57,142 nucleotides of DNA from Batkoa obscura. Its lineage: Eukaryota. Positions 1-12,852 of the stretch are shown one piece after another; positions within the stretch are counted from its first letter, which is position 1, and the number at the start of each line of letters is the position of its first letter. Position numbers and translations under genes: made by a program. The stretch lies in assembly GCA_030770535.1 (NCBI GenBank), contig JASVEC010000103.1:1-57142 (forward strand). Direction: 5' to 3'. The notes under the pieces are model-generated. The model searched no databases and had not been told where the DNA came from. It saw only the letters and a list, made by a program, of their open reading frames with translations.

Positions 1-400
1 TAACTTTAAGCTTGATATGATATTTCTTTCTTCGCTCATTTATTTAGACTAAAAAGTATATTTAATATTTATAACATACTATTAATTCCCCGCATGAAGC
101 AACGTTAGTGTTTCTATTACAAGGTTAGTTTCCTTGAGATGGATGCCTTCTATCTAGTTAATTGATTAAAAATATATTATGTTATTATAAGAAAGTTTAC
201 TGAATTCAATGTTTTAAACGTTAATATATATTTTGTGTTTTAGTTGTAACATGTTATAAATATTTAAATACGTAGCGTTTCGAAATTCCCTTTCATAAGT
301 TTATCACTATATTTCGGAAGCATAAAAGAGCTCTATACTTATGTTTTCAAAAATATTGAGCATTTTAAATTTTAAATTTAAGTTTCGTTTAATTTATGAT

Positions 401-498
401 GAAAGTATTCTTTCGGTTTCATTACTTTTTTCATCTTTTAGGCATTGCTTGAGTGGAAAAATTGTTAGTATAATTCTTAAGCAAAAAAATGCATCCCA
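401..498 (+). mobile_element. ~98-bp MITE copy (degenerate)
   Basis: Internal TTTCATTACTTTTTTCATC..GAGTGGAAAAATTGTTAG and right end GCATCCCA followed by ATAT match the family consensus. Confidence 0.75.
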
Positions 499-786
499 AT
501 ATATTAAATTAGATACTTAATCATCACTTTTCTTTTTAATATTTTTATGTAATTAAAAGCTTTACTTTAAGTTCTTTTTGTATTTAACGATAGCTGAACT
601 AACTGTATCCTTTATACTTTTTTAATGCCATCTTTAATACTTAATAGCAGCTTTTTACTGGGTATATTTCTATCTAGCATTATTTTATTTTATTAAGTGG
701 TATTTTAAGATTCAAAGGAGAGGTTATTAAAAACTAAGTTCGTACTTTATTTGATCGATCCAATAGCGGAAGTGGCATCAGTATTT

Positions 787-885
787 AGGAACGTCTTTTT
801 GATTTAAGAATTTTACTAGCAATCCTTTCGCTCAAATAGTGTTTAAAAAATGGAAAAGGTAATGAAATCAAAACAAAACACTCCC
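787..885 (-). mobile_element. ~98-bp MITE copy
   Basis: Reverse-orientation match (TTTAAGAATTTTACTAGC..CGCTCAAATAGTG..ACACTCCC); flanks ATTT/ATAT. Confidence 0.8.
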
Positions 886-1625
886 ATATAAAAATAAAGT
901 TTATATAAAATTAAATAACAAAATATTTTATTTATTTTTATCTCAAATAAATTAACCTTGAATGCTTTGTTAACTATAAAGCATATATATAATACTAAAG
1001 ATATAACTAAACTATTGGTAGAACGTTTCTGTAAGATCAAGTAGCAAGTCCAACTGTTTACTATCTTTTGAAGAGTTATGAAATCAATGATAAGTAACTT
1101 AGGGTCCCTGCCTCTATGATACTTTCTATCGATTTACAAGGAAGGAATAGTGGTTGATATGGGGATGTTTAAAAGCCCAAAGTGGGAGACTGTAAAGCTT
1201 TTATGAACTAATTAAACCAATAAAAATAATAAAAATTTTGAGGAACATTGGGAAATCTGAAATATTGACAATAACCTCGAGGATTAGATAAGCTAAGGGA
1301 TAGTAAATATTTAAATTTATGAGCTAATCATTTAGGTTTGCTTGATGTATTTGGACATGTTTCATTTTTTATATTAATCTATTATATTTTTTTAAAGTTC
1401 AAATTGCTTATAAATGGATGTTATTAATATTGATAGTATAAGTTCCACACTTTATCTATTCAAAAAAAGCCGGATATCTGTCACTTCATTATATTTTTTT
1501 CACTAATACTACTCTCTCTACAAAATTATTCTTTTCTTCACAGAAATAATTGATTTGATGAACTATAATGTAGTAAAATAAGTATCATTTTATATAGTCC
1601 AATATGAATTTGGATAAATACATAC

Positions 1626-1722
1626 GGGGGGTGTTTTTTTGGCTTCATTACTTTTTCTATCTTTTAAGCGTTATTTAAATGGAAAAACTATCACTGAAAT
1701 TTGAATATAAAAATACATCCCT
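1626..1722 (+). mobile_element. ~98-bp MITE copy
   Basis: GGGGGGTGTTTTTTTGGCTTCATTAC..AAAAATACATCCCT; flanks ATAC/ATAT. Confidence 0.85.
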
Positions 1723-1820
1723 ATATATATCATTTTAATAGATAATAGTAACAATAATAAACAAATAAAAAGATAAAAACTAATGTTAGATTCAAATTTA
1801 TTATAATAAAGCTAGTAAAC

Positions 1821-3562
1821 TTAATTTAAATAGATAGATATCTTTTCTATTAAATCTGAAGGGAGTTGGAATCGATGGATACAGTATTTAATTTGATTTA
1901 AAGCATTATTAGAATCTTTAGCATGTCGTTTATCATTAGATTTCGATACGTTATAAAGCTCTTGGACTAATAATACACATTTAATTTTTGATTCATTAAA
2001 TAATACCCTATCCTCCTCGCACAAATTGGAAGTATGATGTAATAAATTGGTAAGTGCAAAAAAAGGATAACACATTTGATAATAAAAAGGGATACTAATA
2101 TTGGATTGAAATGGAAGTTTGGGACCAAATTGTCGTATTCTAGTAAACTTTTTTGATTTTAATTTTTTATTTAAGCCGATATTTAAACAATAGGTAATAA
2201 CTTGATTAGAATAATGAAATAGTAGCTTTAATTTTGACTTTTCAAAGTGAACAGGTTGTGGATAAATCATAATACATGGATAATATAGTATAATACTAAC
2301 ATGTTGTATCAATACTTTAAGATATCGTTTGAAATTAAATTCATAGCTATTAGTTCTTTCATTTAATTCTTTTCTAGTATAATGACTTTCATCTCTTATT
2401 AACTTTTGATCTTGAATTAAATTCTTTAGCATACCCAAACAATTCGTAAATTCATTTTGAGGTAAAATTAAAGCATCGATCGGTAGCTTTGAATAATCCT
2501 TAATTGATTTGTAAGTCTCTTTCACTTTTTGTATGTGAGCTGTTATCTTTACTTTCACATCAATATAATCTTGAATATATACATAAGGTAACTCGCTTAC
2601 AGTCTTATAATCTATTTCATTATCACGTTTACTTTGATTCTCAATAGTAAATGGTAGGGGATCTTTGACTTCAAATTTAATGAAAGGCATATCTGGAATA
2701 CTAGCCGAAAGAACTATATAGGTGAGATGAAGAGTTTTCCATATGTTATTGCCTTCAAATAGTTTATTATATCTTGTAAATGTAACATCTATTGTATTAA
2801 ATAAAGAATTATTTATATCGTAACCTAAACATTGAGCCATCCTTACTGCATCTAAAAAATATCGTTTAGTAAGGTCATAGTTAGAGTGAGATAACTAATA
2901 TAAGATAATAAGCCTAAAGCTACCACACAATTATAGCTTGGATTAGAATAAGACTGGGGTAAAGTTGCTTTTATTCCCTTCAATGACTTTCCATAAATTT
3001 GTTTATAGCATATACTATTATGTGGAAGTGTAAACCGAGAAAGGACAGCAATTAAAGCATATGACAATATATTTGGTTCATTTTTTGTTAAAATCTCTCT
3101 CAAGTTAAACTTATCTAACCATAATCTAAATGGATCTACAATTTTATGGAAAAAAAGAGGACCATGCTTTAAAAAGTGATAATAAGCTTGATCTATTTTT
3201 ACTATATCGCTATTTTCCAATACTACATTGATTATCAGAGGCGATAAAACAATACTAACATTGGAATCCTTTTGTAACATAAGCTCATAATTGGAAATCC
3301 TTTTAAGAATTTCACTATTACTATACCTTCTTTCTCGATTTATTATTATAAATTCCTTTTTGACCCACTTTAAATACTCTAGTAATAAATTAAATATTAA
3401 AGAAATAATAGAACAATTACCATTTACTTTTCGTTTGAATTCTAAGTTCGAATATGAGTCTAGTTGTTTAAATATATTATTTAATGTATGATCAATTCCA
3501 TCTAATTTTGACTTTACTAAATCCACCTTGCTTCTTATCCCCACTTTTGGCTTTAACTCCAT
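1821..3562 (-). pseudogene. Fungal TF middle-homology-like family member A, split by a 1-bp deletion (pseudogene or sequencing error)
   Basis: Exon 1 3562-3421 (142 nt as in paralogs), 42-nt GT-AG intron 3420-3379, exon 2 to stop at 1821. GATAACT at ~2893 versus GATAAACT in paralog B shifts the frame just before DAVRMAQCLGYD. Confidence 0.85.
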
Positions 3563-4039
3563 AATTGAATTTTCTATTATCCTTTAGTTTAATATTATTT
3601 TAAATTGTGTTAAAATCATTTGAAAATAAAATGATAAGCAAAGGATGGAAATGCTTTTTAATGAAAACCATGGTAGAATTAAGCATAAAATACCAAATGC
3701 TAAATTGCATTTTCTGTTTCATTATTTATCTAATAATATTATATATTTTATGCTAAAAGTGACCAGAATATCAAATCGATCAAACATTCTCACTATAAAT
3801 TCTTGCAAAAAAGACTTTGATGACGTAATAAACGCATTACCACTACAATAAAGACATAGACATCACTAATTTTTTTATGCTTAATCCTGTTTAATCAAGT
3901 ACAATTTGATTAGTAATTACCTCAATAGATGTACTATTCTAATTTAATTTGACAAAATAGCTGCATATCAGAGAATAAATTTATTAATATATTTGTCTTC
4001 TTTAAATATAATGAATTTATTACAATTCGATTTATTTGC

Positions 4040-4550
4040 TTTGTACATAAACAAATCGTAAGGAGCAATAAAAAGCTGGAGTAAATGCCAAGGGATTTGG
4101 GATACTCACATTATCTTTTCTGAATGTCATTAAAGATAATACCCAAATGCAATTAAATCTCAATATTAGTAAGATATATTATCCATTTGGTTAAAAGTAT
4201 TATATAACGTTATTAGAGATGCAGACCGGAAGTTTTATTCAACTTTCATTGGAGTGAATTATATTAGAAGAGTGCTTATCTACTTTGCTATTGTAATATA
4301 TGTGACTATATTAGAATAAAGCAAGCAATAAGATCTTTTCAAAACTAACACTAAGGTTGATATAGTAGCTTATCATTTGGCTTACTTAGTTAAAGTTTTG
4401 GTTTATTATGATTTATTGTGATTTAGTCTATTAATATACGATCAATTGTTTTTATAGAAGCAATTACTAGACTTGTATTATAAGGTTGTCCACCCTGGAT
4501 TAAATTCTTTCTGTTTGGTAAATTGGTCAAATAAATGCTATATCGTTGAA
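4040..4550 (+). pseudogene. Decayed coding relic X, repeated upstream of genes A and B and at the window start
   Basis: Nucleotide similarity to 7560-8140 (GCCAAGGG..TATCTTTTCTGAAT; GAAGCAA..TTATAA) and to ~96-180; contains in-frame stops. Confidence 0.55.
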
Positions 4551-4558
4551 AATAATAT

Positions 4559-4655
4559 GGGGATGTTTTTTGGCTTCATCACTTTTTCCATCTTTTAAAC
4601 ACTATTTGAGTGGAAAAATTATTAGCAAAATTCTTAAACACAAAAATACATCCCC
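4559..4655 (+). mobile_element. ~98-bp MITE copy
   Basis: GGGGATGTTTTTTGG..CAAAAATACATCCCC with ATAT on both sides. Confidence 0.9.
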
Positions 4656-5009
4656 ATATGTTTGACCAGCCGCCTAAAATTAATAACCATTTTTTATTAC
4701 AATTATAGAATACTATAAATAAACTACTTTATAATTATTTTATTTAACTTAACTATTGCTTATATATCACCTTAAAAGCCGCTTTTATAAACCTATAGCT
4801 GTATTTAAAATACAAAAAAATTCTTTAATTATTAATAAATTAAAGATATTAATACTATAAATATTTATAATCAAAATAAATTTTTATTTCTATTTTGCTA
4901 CACCAGAGGCCATTTTATCTCTTTGACTTTATTTAGTAAATTATTTTCGAAATTCACCAAAGGCAACACAAAAGGTTAGAAAGGAGGCTTTTGGTGTAGT
5001 TTAATATGT

Positions 5010-5103
5010 GGGGGTATTTTTTTGATTTCATCACTTTTTCCATTTTTAAGCGCTATTTGTGTGAAAATTGTTAGTAAATTTTTAAACAAAGAAATACATC
5101 CCT
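5010..5103 (+). mobile_element. ~98-bp MITE copy
   Basis: Consensus match flanked by the non-palindromic direct repeat ATGT/ATGT. Confidence 0.85.
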
Positions 5104-5229
5104 ATGTGGTATTTTTTTAGTTTAAGCAAAATTAATATAATAAATTTACGATCTTTTTATATTAAAATATTTTATTAACGAAATAACGAATGTAGTAATT
5201 CGAATTTTAAATTAACAATACTATCAACT

Positions 5230-6982
5230 TTAATTTAAATACATAGCTATCTCTTGTATTAAATCTACAGGTAACTCAAATCGATGGATACAACGCTTTA
5301 TTTGATTCAATGCATTAGTAGAATCTTTAGCGTATCTTTTATTGTTAGCTTTAGATACACTATAAAGCTCCTTAACTAATAATACACATTTAGCTTTTGC
5401 CTCATCAACCATTGTTACATCTGCCTTAGACAAATTATTAGATTGGTGTATTAAGTTAACAAGTGTAAAAAAAGAATAAGTTATCTGATAATAAAAAGGG
5501 GTACAAACATTTGATTGAAGTTGATATTTAGAATCAAATTGAGAATTTTTACTGAAAGATGAATGATCCAATTTTCTATCCAAACCTCGATTTAAACAAT
5601 AAGTTATGACTTGATTAGAATAATAGAATAATAACTTTAATTTGGACTTTGTAAATCGAACTGGTTGTGGGTAGACTGTAGCAAAGGGATAATAAAGCTG
5701 AACAATAACATGTTGAATTAATACTTTGAGATATCGTTTAAAATTAAACTCATAATCATTCGTTTTTTCATCTAATTCTTTTTGGGTATAATCACATTCA
5801 TCTCTTATTAACTTTTGATCTTGAATTAAATTTAGTAATGTTGTAAAACAAATTATAAATTCATTCTGAGGTAAAAGTAAAGCGTTAATAGGTATATCTG
5901 AATAATCATTACGTCTTTCGTAATTTTCTTTTACTTTTTGAATATGAGATGCTATTTTAATCGTTACTTCCGTATAATCTTTAACAAATAAGTATGGCAA
6001 CTCGTCTATGGCTTTATAGCCTATTTCATCAACATCAGTACTTCTATTTGGACCATCTGGAATACATAAAGGTTCTTTGGTTTGAAACTTAATAAAAGGT
6101 ATATTTGGAATACAACTTGAAAGGACTAAGTATGTAAAATGAAGAGTTTTCCATATGCTTCTACCTCGTAACAATTCATTATACCTTAGATCCATAATAT
6201 TTATCTTATCAAATAAAGTGTCGCTGATATCATAACCTAAACATTGAGCCATCCTTACTGCATCTAAAAAATATCGTTTAGTAAGGTCATAGTTAGAGTG
6301 AGATAAACTAATATAAGATAATAAGCCTAAAGCTACCACACAATTATAGCTTGGATTAGAATAAGACTGGGGTAAAGTTGCTTTTATTCCCTTCAATGAC
6401 TTTCCATAAATTTGTTTATAGCATATACTATTATGTGGAAGTGTAAACCGAGAAAGGACAGCAATTAAAGCATATGACAATATATTTGGTTCATTTTTTG
6501 TTAAAATCTCTCTCAAGTTAAACTTATCTAACCATAATCTAAATGGATCTACAATTTTATGGAAAAAAAGAGGACCATGCTTTAAAAAGTGATAATAAGC
6601 TTGATCTATTTTCATTGTGTCACTACATTTGAAAGCTGTATTGGTAATCAGAGTTGGCGCAGTTTTATTAATTTTACGTTTCTTGTGTAACATATTCTCA
6701 AGTTGAGAAATCTTTTTCAAGATTTCACTATTGTTATACTTTTTTTCTTGATTTATTATTTCATATTTCTTATGAGCCCATTTTAAATATTCTAAACATA
6801 AATAAAATATGAGATATTAATAAAGCGTTAAGTTAATTACCAATTGCCTGTCCTTTAAGTTCATTATTTGAACTTGAGTCCAATTGCTTGAATATATCAT
6901 TTAATATGCGATCGATGTTATTTAACCTGAACTCTACTAAACCTACTCTACTTCTTATCTTTTCTTTTGATTTTGACTTCAT
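5230..6982 (-). CDS. Fungal TF middle-homology-like family member B (567 aa, no Zn2Cys6 domain)
   Basis: Exon 1 6982-6841, 49-nt intron 6840-6792, exon 2 6791-5230, frame open. Motifs DAVRMAQCLGYD and RGRSIWKTL resemble Fungal_trans/PF04082. Confidence 0.85.
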
Positions 6983-7559
6983 ATTTAATTTTATTATCTT
7001 AAGTTTTTATTTAAATTGTATTGGAATTTATATTGAATTGAACATAATAAACCAGGGCTGGAACGCATTTTGGTTAAAGTAGGTCACTGGTAAAATTATT
7101 CGTAAAAAAGTAATTTAATACTGAAACTTAGATTTTCGCTTAAAATTTTTTAACAAACTTTATTTATTTATAAATAAAAGTGAAAACATTAAATTGAGAA
7201 AGAGCGTTTTTACTAAACTCTAAATCAAAAGGTAATTTTCATCAATTTGATAAATATCTTATCATTATTAAAGAAAGACATTATGGCTTTAATTAAATTA
7301 TTCACTTTATTCAACCCTAGTTTTTATTGTATAGTTAAGTTACCTTATTAGGACTCAGTTTTAGTTTGTAAAATATTTATTAACAGAGTTCAATTTTCTA
7401 AATAGAATCAACACATAGAATTTGATAAATGCTTTGAGTAAATTATATTTCGGAATTTGCTTTAACTATTGGTGATGAAAAGTAAAAAAATGAAATTAAA
7501 TGTCCAAACAAAAACTCACTTATTTTACTTGTTACTTTTGATTACTTAAGCTCTACTAC

Positions 7560-8140
7560 AGCTTGGTTGATTCGTTTTACTCAAAAATGTATGTAGTAGA
7601 AATCAAGGAAATTTTGGGGCAAACGCCAAGGGGAATTGAAAAACCTATATCTTTTCTGAATATTACTGAAGAGAAGGGTTTCTTCAACACTCTTGCTTAT
7701 AAAATAAATAAACCTAGTTGCATCAAAGTATGCTCTAAAGTTTTTGAAAGTGTAGCTCTAAAGGAGTTTTACTTATTAGATAAGTGACTCATGCATTTGG
7801 ACTCCTATTCAATTTGAGTATTACAAGGTAGGTGACTGTGTTGAAGTGTATTAATAGTCAATTCTTTTTAAAACTAAACATAAAACTTAATATAATATCT
7901 GATATATGTTTGTTTCATTCAATTAAAGTTTTTATTTTTGGTGTTTATGTCATCTTATCAGTTTTTTTATGGAAGCAACGCTAAAATTTAAGTTATAAAT
8001 TTGTCTACTCTAAGCTGGGTATCCTTTGTCAGATTGGTTGATTAAGTAAACATTCATTTACTACTGTAATTAGTTTATTATATCGTTTGGTTGAATATTA
8101 GCATCATTTTTATTACAGCCTACAACATGTATTAAAAATA
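7560..8140 (+). pseudogene. Decayed coding relic X (second copy)
   Basis: Homologous to 4040-4550 at a comparable distance upstream of gene B; includes short ORF 7563-7787. Confidence 0.55.
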
Positions 8141-8453
8141 AATAGCTTTTATATATAATAGTTTCATTGAAACTTAAATTTATAAAAATAGCATACAGGT
8201 TAGATAGATTTATATTGTAGCTTTTATTTGAGTGTCAGTAGGGACTACATTCTAATGCGGAATCTTACAAAATAATTACTACAGAGATAAAATGCTCATC
8301 TATAATTCAAATGGGACTCCTCAGTTTATTTTATACTGGGCATTATATTTTAGTAAAATCTGCTTGTATAATGTCGGGATAGAACTTTAACCCTTACTGA
8401 AACTCAATTAAAAACCCTACTATAAGTCTATCTATCTATATCAAAATTGACTC

Positions 8454-8546
8454 AAGGATGTCTTTTTGGCTCCAATATTTTGTTCATTTTTATTCAATAA
8501 AGAAGTTGAATGGCCTATTGAGTTTTTAAACAAAAAAAATGTTCTA
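8454..8546 (+). mobile_element. MITE copy (strongly degenerate)
   Basis: AGGATGTCTTTTTGGCTCCA.. and ..TTTTTAAACAAAAAAAATG ends resemble the consensus. Confidence 0.55.
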
Positions 8547-8619
8547 ATATATGTGTTTTTTTATGCGCTAATAAAAATGTAAAATAAAGTCATTTATAGA
8601 TCATTATTATTAAACATAT

Positions 8620-8712
8620 GGGGATGTATTTTTTGTTTAAGAATTTGTTTACAATCTTTTTACTCAAACAGTGGTTAAAAAATGAAAAAAGTAGAAACCA
8701 AAAAACATCCTC
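8620..8712 (-). mobile_element. MITE copy
   Basis: GGGGATGTATTTTTTGTTTAAG..AAAAAACATCCTC; ATAT on both sides. Confidence 0.85.
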
Positions 8713-9087
8713 ATATTGAGTTTAAAGTAAATTTTGATTAATACAAAACATGGTGGCTTCTATAATTAAGCTGGATTTTTTCCACTAAAAAAATAAAACT
8801 TGAAATGAACCAATAATAGTTAATAATACGAGTTTAATTAGGGATAAAAAAAGGATATTCGAAAATAGTTAATAGGTTTAAAATTAGTTTTAATTTGAAA
8901 TGTATATAATTAGTGAGAAGTGAAATAAATACAACTAGTTTTTTAATTTGACATCGGTTCTTTCTATAAGATTTCAATTCAATAGCCTGGTTCTATTAGC
9001 TATATTATTAGACAGCAGACAACTTATTCCAACTTTAACATTAAATAACGCAATAAATTATTTTACAATATACCTTCTGGTAGTAAA

Positions 9088-9996
9088 ATGGATCCCAACG
9101 CATTGAAAACAATAGCAATTACATCCAACACAATCTCAATTATATTTACAGCAACATCGATTGTTCTATTTATCACTATCTCTATAATTAACAATAATAT
9201 CTACGACTCCCTTGTGTATCGATTATCAGCTATTATCTTATTTGGCAATCTAATATTAAACATAATCAACTTAATCCAAGCAACATTATTAATAAATTCA
9301 ACAATATCATGTTATGTACTAGAATTTCTAAGTACCCTAAGTATCTCTTTATCCATGCTTTATGCTACTGTAATAGCCACTATATTACTAATTAATGTTA
9401 TTTATCTATATGAGTTTTCAAAACGGGCTAGATGCTTCACTTATCTTATTCCAATATTTCTTTCTTTACTTCTGGCTGGCCTACAAGCTATCATTGGTAA
9501 CATCGAGAATATTAATAATCAATGTGGCTATTCAAATGTTGAAGATTGGCTATCAGCTAGCTTAATCAAATTAGGATCAGTTATTGTTAGCATTATATTA
9601 TGTCCAATTAGTTATTTTACTATCTTTATTTATATCAATATCAGGAGTTATAACTCGAATCAAGATGTATTAAGAAAGGGAGGGTCTTTTAAACAATTAA
9701 ATTGGAAAGTTTTACTAAAATTATTAGCTTATCCTACAATACCTATCTTAAGTTATTTGTTCTATTTTATTATACTCTATTTAATTACTTATTCTGAAGA
9801 GGAATTACCCAGGTTGAGTCAAATGTATGCTGCCTTTCAAGGATTTTCCAAGTTTCTATTTGGTTTCCAAGGGGTTTTAAATGCATGTTTATTTTTTAAT
9901 AATACAATCTTTTTGAAGGAGTTGAAAAAAGCGTATTGTAAGTTATCATATCCGGATAACCACACTTTACTTTGTAACAATGGTTGTGAGGGTTGA
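9088..9996 (+). CDS. Seven-transmembrane GPCR-like protein (cAMP-receptor/Git3-like), 302 aa
   Basis: About seven hydrophobic segments, YRLS after TM1, Cys at the start of TM3, YP in TM6, QGVLNA in TM7; intronless ORF. Confidence 0.75.
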   Translation: MDPNALKTIAITSNTISIIFTATSIVLFITISIINNNIYDSLVYRLSAIILFGNLILNIINLIQATLLINSTISCYVLEFLSTLSISLSMLYATVIATILLINVIYLYEFSKRARCFTYLIPIFLSLLLAGLQAIIGNIENINNQCGYSNVEDWLSASLIKLGSVIVSIILCPISYFTIFIYINIRSYNSNQDVLRKGGSFKQLNWKVLLKLLAYPTIPILSYLFYFIILYLITYSEEELPRLSQMYAAFQGFSKFLFGFQGVLNACLFFNNTIFLKELKKAYCKLSYPDNHTLLCNNGCEG

Positions 9997-10289
9997 TGCT
10001 GTGTTTTGTTGCACTTGAGTTTTTCTAGAAATGGAATTATAAAGTAAGACATATCTGATATCTGTAGTTGTTAGATAGAATATAACTATCAGATGTTAAA
10101 GTAGAAAAGACGTAATCGGGATTTTATTTTTGATTTAATTTTAATAAAATTATTAATTTTTTCTCAAGTATTAAGTATAAATAAATTATATTAAACTAAA
10201 TTGAATTGAATTAATAGAAATTTAAAACCCATAGTGATATAAAAGCATATTAATGAATACAAATAAAATGAAGATTAAACTATAAATTA

Positions 10290-11800
10290 AGATAGCAAAG
10301 GCGAGGAAGTGGCTAAAGAGATAAACAACTTTGAACTTTTTCTAAAGTTGATTTAAAATCTAAGAAATTGTAGTCTGAGCTATTAGACAATGTTAATTAC
10401 CTAATGAATTTAGTTAAGCATTTACGAATAAAATCGTTATCTTCTTTAGTTAATAGCTTGTTAGCTAATATATTAATTGAAAAATAAACTAATATAATAA
10501 AATTATAAGATTCAAGCATTACCCGATGATCAAAACTTTTTTGGTTTTTTTTGAATTATCGAGTCAATTACCTTCCATATGTTTATAAAGTCCTCCTATA
10601 TTTTATAAAGATAGTTTTTGGAGGGTAATCTATGAAATTGAGGTGATAAAACTAATATAAAGCCCAATGACAATAGCATACATGTATTTAAAGTATTATA
10701 CACATAATTATTAAACATGTGGTTTGAAAATCTTGCTACTTTTTGGCTTTTAAATCTAATCATTTAAGATTGAGTGATAAATTCATATATTTTGTATTAT
10801 TCTAGTGTCATTTGAACTGTTTTATGTATTTTGTTTCTAAATTATCTTTACAACTGTTTTTTCATAATATATATACCTAATCTTGTTATTTGTATCATGC
10901 TTTACTGTGTTATTGTTATAATAACTTAAATAACTACATATTTCCATTTCTAAACTATTAGTACATAATAGGAAGATCGAGAGTTGTATTCTGGAGTTAA
11001 ATTCAACGCTTTACTATTTAAAAACAAAGTGATATCTTCTACACCCATAGCACTGACAATTTAATTTCTTATTAATGTTAAAGCACAAGGCACCTTTTCA
11101 TTCATACATGCAAATCCTTGATTTTGATCTAACTTCAATCCGTTTTATTGGTTTCAATTTAAAATATTGAAAACGTGATAATAGTTTCGTACAATTTTTT
11201 CTTACATTTTTGTCCGCTTTCATCGAGCTCATTACTTTTTTTACCAGCTGTACTTTTCATTTTAATCAAACATTTAAGATGTACCAAAGCGGGCTTCCTT
11301 TTATTCCTAAGGAATTATTCTAAAGTAAATAATGTGGTAACAGTGAGGTTCTCTAAACAAGGTTGACTCATACTGTTACTTAGCAATTGATCAAAGTTTT
11401 CTAATTCACAATTTAATAGGATACCAGATTCACTTATCTGCAGATTTTATTACCTTATTAAATTTTTGGAATAGCAGTAACTTTAATGAATTTTTAACAC
11501 TACTTTTTAACTTTACTAAACACTCTTTATCTAATCAATAACCTTCGAGATCAATTCTGGCATGATATACGTTTATAAATCAATTAAATAATTTATTTGA
11601 ATCCACCCCATTTAATGATATGGATGATATCTTTAATTCATTTGTTGACTTATCATTAATAAATGAGAATAAACTAAATAGAAGGTCATCACAATTTATT
11701 AGTTTATTAAAGTTATAGGTTAGTTTAAAAGCTCGATTAAAATTTTGCCTAATTCTGTTTTTTTGCAAAAATTATAAGTAACAAATGCTACAAATTTTTT
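10290..11800 (-). pseudogene. Decayed member of the TF middle-homology-like superfamily (relic R1)
   Basis: Translates to IDLEGY*LD..SQPCLENL..ALVHLKCLIKM..DFKSTLEKVQSC. Collinear with 33300-34900 and 44950-46460 and with the DPxxxWLD/SNP/AVRM/C-terminal motifs of intact genes. Confidence 0.7.
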
Positions 11801-12852
11801 ACTTTTTTGCTTTTTTGCTTTTGCCTATTAACACAATTTATACTGTGACGTTTTTTATCCAGTATTAATAGTTGAAAAAAACCTACACTAAATATTAAAT
11901 CGACAAAAAAGTGAAATTGAAAAACTTTAATTCTAGTTTTAACTGAGCTTTTAAACTTACCCGTATATATGGCATCTTCGACTTTATCCTGAAACTCATG
12001 CCTTTTTTAATAATCGACTTTTCCCTTTTCTTCTTAGTTTATACTTGCTGTCTAGAGCATTCTTTTGCCTCAAATAAGTATATATCATCCATTTAATACT
12101 TTTTGTCAACTATTTTCTACTTTTATTCAATTGGTTCCTGAAACTATTTAATATCATAATCAACTTGTGTTATAACTAATTTACTCGCTTTTCTGAAATT
12201 TTCTTGTAAAATAGCCATATTTATAACATTAAATAAAATAAAATAATTTACCTGTTTTATTAACATACTATAACGCTACTATAAAATTTATAAATTATCA
12301 AACCAATTGAAATTAAGTTCTAAGTTAAATCAATTAGTCTTTTAAATTGTTAATTAACAAGTAAGCACTAATTAAAAACTAATTTATTTTAATGTCACAA
12401 TGACCCAAAAGTAAAGTTAAGTAAGAACAAAATAAGGTGTGGTATACTTTCCCAGTGACTTAATTTTCCTCTAATTGATTATCAATTAGTTTACTTTATT
12501 AATAAAACATTCGGGGACTAATGCTCTTTTAAAGACATATAAAAAGCTGCAAAGTTGAAAAATAATAAGCCATAGATTTGTAAATCATTTATAAGCTTTA
12601 TTATTATTAAGAATAAACAACAGTAATATGTAATCGAATACACTAAAAACATAAGGTTTTGGGATTTATGCTATAAAAAATTTAAACTATAAACCTGATT
12701 ATTTAATTACTATTCAAAAGTAGTATAGACAAGTAAATCGATATTAATTATTAAAGTCAATTAAAGTTAAAAAATCATTTTACAACTTTGACTTTAATGA
12801 TATTATTATCCTTAATTAGGAGATTAATTTAAATAATATACTGAATATAGAT

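Noticed and set aside
1157..1172. ATATGGGGATGTTT, matching a MITE end
   Set aside because: No internal sequence or opposite end follows, so it was not counted as a copy
700..1350. Possible additional family relic on the plus strand
   Set aside because: Only scattered short resemblances (LIDP, SPT, MISNLG) with the wrong spacing
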